Shown here: piece after piece, positions 57,830 to 64,000 of the stretch | How the letters are laid out: every line of letters starts with the position of its first letter | Position numbering within the stretch: the stretch's first letter is position 1 | Assembly (NCBI GenBank): GCA_937976685.1 | Contig: CALJWR010000011.1 | Coordinates: forward strand, 532-64,531 | DNA from: an uncultured Verrucomicrobiae bacterium | Lineage (GTDB): Bacteria > Verrucomicrobiota > Verrucomicrobiia > Limisphaerales > J093 | Direction: 5' to 3' | Length of the DNA stretch: 64,000 bases | Translations under genes and position numbers: made by a program | Notes under the pieces: model-generated | Seen by the model: only the letters and a program-made list of their open reading frames with translations | Database searches by the model: none | Told to the model about the DNA's origin: nothing

Positions 57830-58842
57830 GACGTTGGATTTCACGCGGCGAAGCCTGCCGCAGCCGCAACAGTTATTCAACCGCCGCCCAATCCCAAACC
57901 GCATCTCCGTTCGTGGGCGGGTTTTCGGCTTTCCGGGCAAACCACTGGTCTCCGGTCGGCACTTGCGCCGGCTGGGAAGCCGGCGTTATGGGTGACGCCG
58001 ACCTCCCAGTCAGCCGCCAAGTCGGCGCCTGAGCCGCTTGGACACCTCGCAGTTGGTCGCAGGAGTTCACGGCCTTCCGGGCAGACTACCGGTTCCCCGC
58101 TTCATCCTGCCGCTTGCAGGTGCCTCAAGTCCTTGCGAAAATACGGGGCTGCAAAAAGTGGCATGCACCCAAGTCCCATCCGCTCCCCCAAGCGCCCCAA
58201 ACCGTGAACGGCGCAATCCCCACCAGCGGGAAACCGGCTTCGCGCGGGTCTGGCGACGCCCAACGACGGCCACCTTCCCAACCCTTGGGCGCGCCTCCGC
58301 ACGTACCGGCCCCGGCCGTTTCCGCTCGGCGCACGGGGGTTCACAGCCGCTCGACGCCACCCGGCCCAAGTGCGCCCAACCGCTGAAGTAATGGCCGCCC
58401 GCCGCTGACACCGAGGACGCGGTCAAGCAACACCCCGCCCCGACTTCGGGTTTCCCCGGCCGCTGGTGGAACCACCGGTACCGCACCATCGGCTCCCAGT
58501 ATGCCTGCCCGGTTGGCGGGGAATCATGGAACAACCCCTCACCCCCCCCGGCACCTACTCCTGCAGCGAGGCCGTGGGATTGGGATGCAGCCGGCCCAGG
58601 GGCCGTTGTCGCGTTGGCCGGTGGGCTAGGTGACAAAACATCGGGAGAGCTTGCCCAACTCATCACTTGACAGGCGTTTGCAACGGAACGAGCGACCACC
58701 TGCAACCTTATGGCGACAAACCGTGCAAACCAACTGCCGCTCACTTAACTGTCAGCTGAAAAAACCGTGACCATTTACGTCCCATCATGGAGAGGCATGC
58801 GCAATCGTACTTGCGGTCCTCGCCGGATTGTCTCTGCCCGCC

Positions 58843-59031
58843 ATGACTCCAGCGCAAGGTTCGCCGATTCCGCAGCGCGTTTGGGTGATTGGCTCCGCCG
58901 CCTTGCTCGTGTGTGTCGCCATATCGGTGATGGCCTTGCTTCGGAAGGCGACCGCTGACAGGTTCGCAGCGGTTGTGGCCGGGATTCTGACGCTGTGGAT
59001 GATTCACGCGTTCTACAATGCGATCAGCTAA
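58843..59031 (+). CDS. Possible small two-TM membrane protein
   Basis: 62 aa from ATG 58843: VWVIGSAALLVCVAISVMALL...AAVVAGILTLWMIHAF. Lies in a lower-GC islet. Weak support. Confidence 0.3.
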   Translation: MTPAQGSPIPQRVWVIGSAALLVCVAISVMALLRKATADRFAAVVAGILTLWMIHAFYNAIS

Positions 59032-59114
59032 CCAGACGCTGGAGACGAACTGCCGCCCCGCCTTTCCGCTCGATGCTGGACGTCAATTCGGACGAGCCGT
59101 TCGCGCTCGACCTC

Positions 59115-59135
59115 GCGTTTCCGGCGGCAGTCGCT
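59115..59135 (+). repeat. 21-nt direct repeat, copy 1 (gcgtttccggcggcagtcgct)
   Basis: Matches 59607-59627 at 20 of 21 positions. Both copies encode AFPAAVA in the same frame. Confidence 0.8.
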
Positions 59136-59162
59136 CAGCTTTGCGATAAGCCACCACGCACC

Positions 59163-59642
59163 ATGGTGTCACTATTCTTCCTCGCAGGCGTCATCTCGGC
59201 GATTCCCGCCATCGTGACAGTTGTGTCCTTCTTGGCCGGCATCGTCCTCTGGCGCATCGCGCGCACTCGGTTCCTTGCGCCTTTTGTCACGTTCATCCCA
59301 ACGCTCGCGGCACTCGAAGCAGCAGGCGGTTCGTGGGGCCTCGGTCACTTGGCAGTCAGGACCGCTGACCCGATGCCGGTCCTTCCATTTTGGGCGTGGA
59401 TTGTTGGTTTTCCGATCGGCGGCGTGCTCGGTGGTGCGTTCGGATTCTTGTTGGCGTTGTCGTTCAGACGGCGGACACGACGGCCTAACAAGAGCGCTGC
59501 ATCTAACCGCCGCCCCGCTGGGCCCGGCAGGCCTGCTGCCCGCGGCAGCATTCCTTTCGCGGCTTCCCAAGCCGCTCAAGTGTCAGCGACTGTTGCAGCC
59601 GACCGGGCGTTTCCGGCGGCGGTCGCTAAATTCGGTCTCTAA
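59163..59642 (+). CDS. Hypothetical multi-TM membrane protein
   Basis: 159 aa from ATG 59163 (MVSLFFLAGVISAIPAIV...), with 4 hydrophobic helices and a basic tail. The track ORF starts upstream at 58995. Confidence 0.45.
   Translation: MVSLFFLAGVISAIPAIVTVVSFLAGIVLWRIARTRFLAPFVTFIPTLAALEAAGGSWGLGHLAVRTADPMPVLPFWAWIVGFPIGGVLGGAFGFLLALSFRRRTRRPNKSAASNRRPAGPGRPAARGSIPFAASQAAQVSATVAADRAFPAAVAKFGL
59607..59627 (+). repeat. 21-nt direct repeat, copy 2 (gcgtttccggcggcggtcgct)
   Basis: See copy 1 at 59115-59135. Confidence 0.8.
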
Positions 59643-59650
59643 CCTCCACC

Positions 59651-60802
59651 ATGAACACCGTGTTGCCTGCCTCACTGGCCCTCGCAGCGGCTGCCGCGCT
59701 GGCCCTCACCTCCTGTTCCACCCGTCCTTGTTGCGACGCCCCAGCCATCCCGCGTCAGGCTTCGATTGAGAAGTCGCCGTTCGGTCGCACGCCGGACGGC
59801 CGGGCCGTGGATCTGTACACGCTCAAAAACGCCCAGGGCGTGATGATGAAGGTCATGACCTACGGCTGCATCATCACCGAGCTGCACACCCCTGACCGCT
59901 ACGGTCAGTTGGGCGACATCGTGTTCGGCTTTGACAACCTCGACGCCTACCTCAAGGGCCACCCTTACTTCGGTTGCGTGGTCGGCCGGTACGCCAACCG
60001 CATTGCGAGGGGCCAGTTCACCCTCGACGGCCGGACGTACACGCTGGCAACGAACAACTACCCGAACGCCCTGCACGGGGGCCTCAAGGGCTTCGACAAG
60101 GTGGTGTGGAAAGCCGAGCCGCTGACCGTCACGGGCGGCGTGGCAGTCAAATTCACCTACACCAGCCCGGACGGAGAGGAAGGCTATCCCGGCACGCTGC
60201 AAGCCACGGTGGTGTACACACTCACCGATAAAAACGAATTGCGGATGGACTACACCGCCACCACCGACAAGGCCACGGTGGTCAACCTGACCAACCACAC
60301 GTACTGGAATCTCTCCGGCCGGGGCGACATTTACGGCCATGAGCTGATGCTGGCGGCGGACCAGTTCACGCCCGTGGACAACACCCTGATTCCCACCGGC
60401 GAGATCGTCCCGGTGGCGGGGACGCCCATGGACTTCCGCCAGGCCAAGCCCATCGGCCGCGATCTGAAGCAACTGACCAACCACCCGCAGGGGTACGACC
60501 ACAACTTCGTCCTGCGCAGCGGCGGCCGGCGGGTGGCGCCATGCGCGACCGTGTACGATCCCAAGAGCGGCCGCGTGCTCGAGATTCTCACGGATCAACC
60601 GGGGGTTCAGTTCTAAAGCGGTAACTTCCTGGACGGCACCCTCACCGGAAAAGGGGGCATCGTGTACTCGCAGCATTCCGCCTTCTGCCTCGAGACCCAG
60701 CACTTCCCGGATTCCCCCAACCAACCGAAGTTCCCGAGCACCGTCCTTCGCCCGGGGCAGGTCTATCACACCAGCACGGTCCACAAGTTCGCCGCGCGCT
60801 GA
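59651..60802 (+). pseudogene. galM: Aldose 1-epimerase (galactose mutarotase) with an in-frame TAA
   Basis: ...GRYANRIA...FTLDG..Y.LA.NN..N.LHGG..GF...W...NLTNHTYWNL...[21 protein letters not shown]...[24 protein letters not shown]. The TAA at 60614-60616 sits where mutarotases have Tyr (QfYtGNfL). Same frame through to TGA at 60800-60802. Confidence 0.8.
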
Positions 60803-61011
60803 CTCTTTCCGCCGCCCCGCGCCGAAGACGCTCCGGGAGCCAGCCCTTTGCGACGCTGTCTCCCGTGTGGCTTGGTCCGGAATGAGAGTGATCTGTCGGC
60901 GCGGCAACGATGCGACCCCGGTCACGTGGCCGGCTCGCCAACGAACGCACCGCGGGGTTGACGGTCCGGTCATCGGCGATACGCTTTCGCGCCCTGTGAG
61001 CCTAATTGACT

Positions 61012-61443
61012 ATGTTGCGGAAACTTAGCGCGATGTTTGGCGGGTCTCCCGTCCGGAAGACCCCGCTCGTCGCTGAACCGTCGTCGCACCCCCGGTCGGC
61101 CATGAGCGACCAGCCCCGGCAGCAGACCTTCACCAAGGTTTTTCGCTGGCGGTTGCCCGATGGCGAGACAGAGGAACCGACGTCGGTCGAGGTGGCCGGC
61201 TCCTTCACCCACTGGCAAAAGGTGGCGCTCCACCGGGACGGCATGATTGACGCCTGGCACGTCACAATCCACCACATCCCGGGCAACCGCACCCATCACT
61301 ACATGCTCCTCGTGGACGGCGCGCCCGTCTATGACCACACCTGCGACGGCTTGGCCGTGCCCCACGGTTTCCAGGAGGAGCAGTTCGCCCTCGCAACGGA
61401 CAAAGGGCCGCGCGTGCTGATGCTCTTCGCCCAGACCAAGTGA
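61012..61443 (+). CDS. CBM48 / AMPK-beta glycogen-binding-domain-like protein
   Basis: VEVAGSFTHWQKVAL...WHVTIHHIPGNRTHHYMLLVDGAPVYD. ATG 61012. Confidence 0.6.
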   Translation: MLRKLSAMFGGSPVRKTPLVAEPSSHPRSAMSDQPRQQTFTKVFRWRLPDGETEEPTSVEVAGSFTHWQKVALHRDGMIDAWHVTIHHIPGNRTHHYMLLVDGAPVYDHTCDGLAVPHGFQEEQFALATDKGPRVLMLFAQTK

Positions 61444-61559
61444 GGGCTCCGTTCGCCGGGACGTCGACACGGTCAGACCCAAACCACCCGACACTTAAAC
61501 TGCCGCAGCGAACCTCCGCCCCCCGGGAAGCTTCATCTTCAACCACTCCCCAGCCACGC

Positions 61560-62807
61560 ATGACCGACACCTACCTCCAAAACCTTTTCGCCGAGCGTAT
61601 CGGCGGCCGCGAATATGGTCGCGGAACCGCCATCTACAAATTCGAAAAGATCAAGCGCGCCAAGCGCGCTGCCCTCGCGGCCAACCCCGGCGCCGAGATC
61701 ATTGACATGGGCGTGGGCGAACCGGACGAGATGGCGTTCCCCGAGGTGGTTGAGGAGCTTTATCGGGAGGCCCGCAAACCGGCGAACCGCGGCTACGCGG
61801 ACAACGGTGACGACGTGCTCAAGCTCGCCGCCGCCCGGTATTTGGAGCGCGTCTGCGGCGTGACCGGCATTGACCCGGCGAAAGAAGTGCTCCACTCGAT
61901 CGGCAGCAAGGCGGCCCTTTCCATTCTCCCCGCCGCTTTCGTCAATCCCGGGGACGTGGTGCTGATGACCACGCCCGGTTATCCCGTGTTCGGCACGCAC
62001 GCGAAGTACTACGGCGGCATCGTCCACAACCTCCCATTGACCGGGGAAAACCAGTTCCTGCCGGACCTCGACGGCATCCCGGCGAACGTCCTGGCGAAAG
62101 CGAAGGCCCTGGTCATCAACTACCCCAACAACCCCACCGGAGCTGCTGCCACGCCGGAGTTTTTCGAGCGCGTGGTGCATTTCGCCAAACGCCACGAACT
62201 CGTCGTGGTGTCGGATGCCGCGTACGCCGCCCTGGTGTTTGAGGGACAGCCGCTCAGCTTCCTTGCCACCCCGGGCGCGAAAGACGTCGGCGTCGAGCTG
62301 CATTCGTGCAGCAAGAGCTTTAACATGACCGGCTGGCGCATTGGTTTTGTCGCTGGCAATGAGCTGCTGGTGAAGGCTTACGGCGACGTCAAGGACAACA
62401 CCGACAGCGGGCAGTTTCTCGCCATCCAGCACGCGGCCGCCTACTGCTTCGACCATCCCGAGATCACCAGGAAAATTGCGGCCAAGTACAGCCGCCGCAT
62501 GGATGCCTTGGTCGCGACGCTCCGGGCCGCGGGCTTCCATGCCCAGAAGCCCAAGGGGTCGTTCTTCCTGTACGTCAAGGCACCCCGGGCCCTGGTCAAA
62601 GCCGACGGCTCGCGTGTCGAGTTTGCGAGCGCCGAGGCCGTGTCCCAGTGGCTGATCACGGATCGGCTCATCTCGACGGTTCCGTGGGACGACGCGGGCG
62701 CCTACCTGCGCTTCAGCGTGACGTTCTTGGCGAAAGACGAATCCAACGAAGCGCGTGTCGTCGGCGAGGTCGCCCGGCGCCTCAGCGGGCTGCGGTTCGA
62801 ATTCTGA
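61560..62807 (+). CDS. dapL: LL-diaminopimelate aminotransferase (class I/II aminotransferase)
   Basis: IDMGVGEPD, NYPNNPTG, SCSKSFNMTGWRIGF (PLP lysine). Overall DapL-like layout. ATG 61560 lies inside track ORF 61440..62807. Confidence 0.8.
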   Translation: MTDTYLQNLFAERIGGREYGRGTAIYKFEKIKRAKRAALAANPGAEIIDMGVGEPDEMAFPEVVEELYREARKPANRGYADNGDDVLKLAAARYLERVCGVTGIDPAKEVLHSIGSKAALSILPAAFVNPGDVVLMTTPGYPVFGTHAKYYGGIVHNLPLTGENQFLPDLDGIPANVLAKAKALVINYPNNPTGAAATPEFFERVVHFAKRHELVVVSDAAYAALVFEGQPLSFLATPGAKDVGVELHSCSKSFNMTGWRIGFVAGNELLVKAYGDVKDNTDSGQFLAIQHAAAYCFDHPEITRKIAAKYSRRMDALVATLRAAGFHAQKPKGSFFLYVKAPRALVKADGSRVEFASAEAVSQWLITDRLISTVPWDDAGAYLRFSVTFLAKDESNEARVVGEVARRLSGLRFEF

Positions 62808-62968
62808 CGCGGAACCCGCGGCCATCGGGCCGGGGTCCTCCCGGGGACACCCGTGCCGGCCGGCGTTCGGCGATTTGCGCCAGAACCAACGGGTTCGGCG
62901 GCAAACGACCGATTGGGGAATTTGCTTTCGCCAGAAACCTCCGGTGTTTCATCCTGGCACGACACGCC

Positions 62969-64000
62969 ATGAATCGAAGGGACTTTCTCGCCACCACGGG
63001 CGTCGCTATCGCATCGGCGCCGTCTTTGCTCTCCGCCGCCGATGCGCCCCGCCGGCTGCGGGCGGGGTTCCTCGGTGGAGCTCATTCCCACGCTCCCGAC
63101 AAGTGGCGCCTCGTCCGCGAGTCCCCGGATTACGAACTCGTCGGCATGGCGGAGGACTCTCCCGACGTGCGCGCCGCCTACCAGGCGCGCGGCGCCCGCT
63201 TTCTGCCCGCCGACGAGTTGGTGGCGGCGTGCGACGTGATCTTTGTCGAGTCCGCCGTCCGTGACCACGCGCGTGACGCGCTGCTGGCGCTGCGGGCGGG
63301 CCGGCACGTTCACGTCGAGAAACCGCCCGCCGACAGTTTGCGCGACGTCCAGGAAATGGTTCGCCTCGCGCGCGACAAGAAACTGGTGTTTCAAGCCGGC
63401 TACATGTGGCGGTACCACCCCGGTTTCGCGGCCATCTTCACGGCGGTCCGCCAAGGATGGCTGGGCCGGGTGTATTTGGTGCGCGGGATGATCGGCACGC
63501 AGGTGGCCGCCAGCCAACGGCCAGAGTGGGCTGAGTTCGCCGGCGGCGGTCTCTTCGAACTGGGTTCGCATCTCGTGGACGCCCTCATCCGGCTGATGGG
63601 CGAGCCCACCGCAGTATCTCCCTTTCTCCGCACCCACGGCGAATACGGCGACCAGCTCAAGGACAACAACCTCGCCGTCTTCGAGTTCCCCACGGCCCTT
63701 GGCCTGATCCTGAACTCGACGCTGCAACCGAACGCCGGACCGCAGCGGGTATTCGAAGTGTTCGGCACTAGTGGCCGCGCCACGATGCGCCCCCTCGAGC
63801 CACCCTTGCTGGAAATCGAATTGGCGAGCGCCGCCGGTCCCTACCGCGCCGGCTCCACCACTGTCTCGCTGCCGCCGTACAACCGATACGCCCCGGAGAT
63901 CGCCGACCTCGCGGCAGTCATCCGTGGCGAACGCCAACTCCCGGTCACGTTGGATGAAGAACTGCAGGTCCAGAAATGGTTGCTCAGGGCCAGCGGCATG
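62969..64000 (+). CDS. Gfo/Idh/MocA-family oxidoreductase with Tat signal (3' end runs off the window)
   Basis: Absent from the ORF track because there is no stop in the window. Manual translation: MNRRDFLATTGVAIASAPSLL...RAGFLGGAHSHA...HVHVEKPPA...GGGLFELGSHLVDA. Confidence 0.85.
   Translation, partial: MNRRDFLATTGVAIASAPSLLSAADAPRRLRAGFLGGAHSHAPDKWRLVRESPDYELVGMAEDSPDVRAAYQARGARFLPADELVAACDVIFVESAVRDHARDALLALRAGRHVHVEKPPADSLRDVQEMVRLARDKKLVFQAGYMWRYHPGFAAIFTAVRQGWLGRVYLVRGMIGTQVAASQRPEWAEFAGGGLFELGSHLVDALIRLMGEPTAVSPFLRTHGEYGDQLKDNNLAVFEFPTALGLILNSTLQPNAGPQRVFEVFGTSGRATMRPLEPPLLEIELASAAGPYRAGSTTVSLPPYNRYAPEIADLAAVIRGERQLPVTLDEELQVQKWLLRASGM

Noticed and set aside
58060-58100. SRP RNA-like CCGGAAGG motif on the minus strand
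   Set aside because: Only about 8 nt match the conserved SRP domain IV motif, and the surrounding sequence cannot form the characteristic helix 8.
59672-63937. Long minus-strand ORFs 59672..60973, 61539..62825 and 62702..63937
   Set aside because: They are antisense to galM, dapL and the terminal Gfo/Idh/MocA gene respectively. All are R/G-rich with no recognisable domains.

Overview
This is a high-GC bacterial chromosomal window. Its gene content suggests the PVC superphylum, probably Verrucomicrobiota: an H-X9-DG pseudopilin, Tat-signal Gfo/Idh/MocA oxidoreductases, a MoxR/DUF58/VWA 'Bat-like' operon, LL-DAP aminotransferase and many secreted glycan-active enzymes. I saw no rRNA, tRNA or CRISPR array. 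Four things stand out. (1) Complement 6172-11097 is a compact four-gene operon with a clear WXG100 (EsxA-like, WxD variant) protein, two further small all-helical proteins and a 1310-aa membrane-anchored multi-domain FtsK/SpoIIIE ATPase of EssC/EccC type. That makes it a minimal type-VII-like secretion locus in a probable diderm, with no other known T7SS core genes nearby, and it is my top candidate for an undescribed system. (2) Complement 32478-50123 holds two [NiFe]-hydrogenase clusters back to back on one strand. One is a canonical bidirectional hoxEFUYH-W (group 3d). The other is an unusual membrane-bound group-4 (HycCDEFG-like) cluster joined to AsrA/AsrB (sulfhydrogenase beta/gamma)-like subunits and to an FdhF-like Mo-bisPGD subunit in which the three catalytic FdhH residues (Sec/Cys, His, Arg) are replaced. 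(3) All three long intergenic gaps inside the group-4 operon are filled by inverted-repeat or palindromic selfish elements: an IR-bounded GxxExxY cassette, a frameshifted RAYT/IS200-like gene flanked by REP hairpins, and a 38-bp inverted-repeat element. (4) Four conserved genes carry single lesions: in-frame TAG at 4621, in-frame TAA at 60614, and frameshifts near 41383 and 57260. These point to pseudogenisation or assembly errors. Gene starts are often uncertain because the ORF track uses alternative starts, and many long track ORFs are antisense artefacts of the high GC content.
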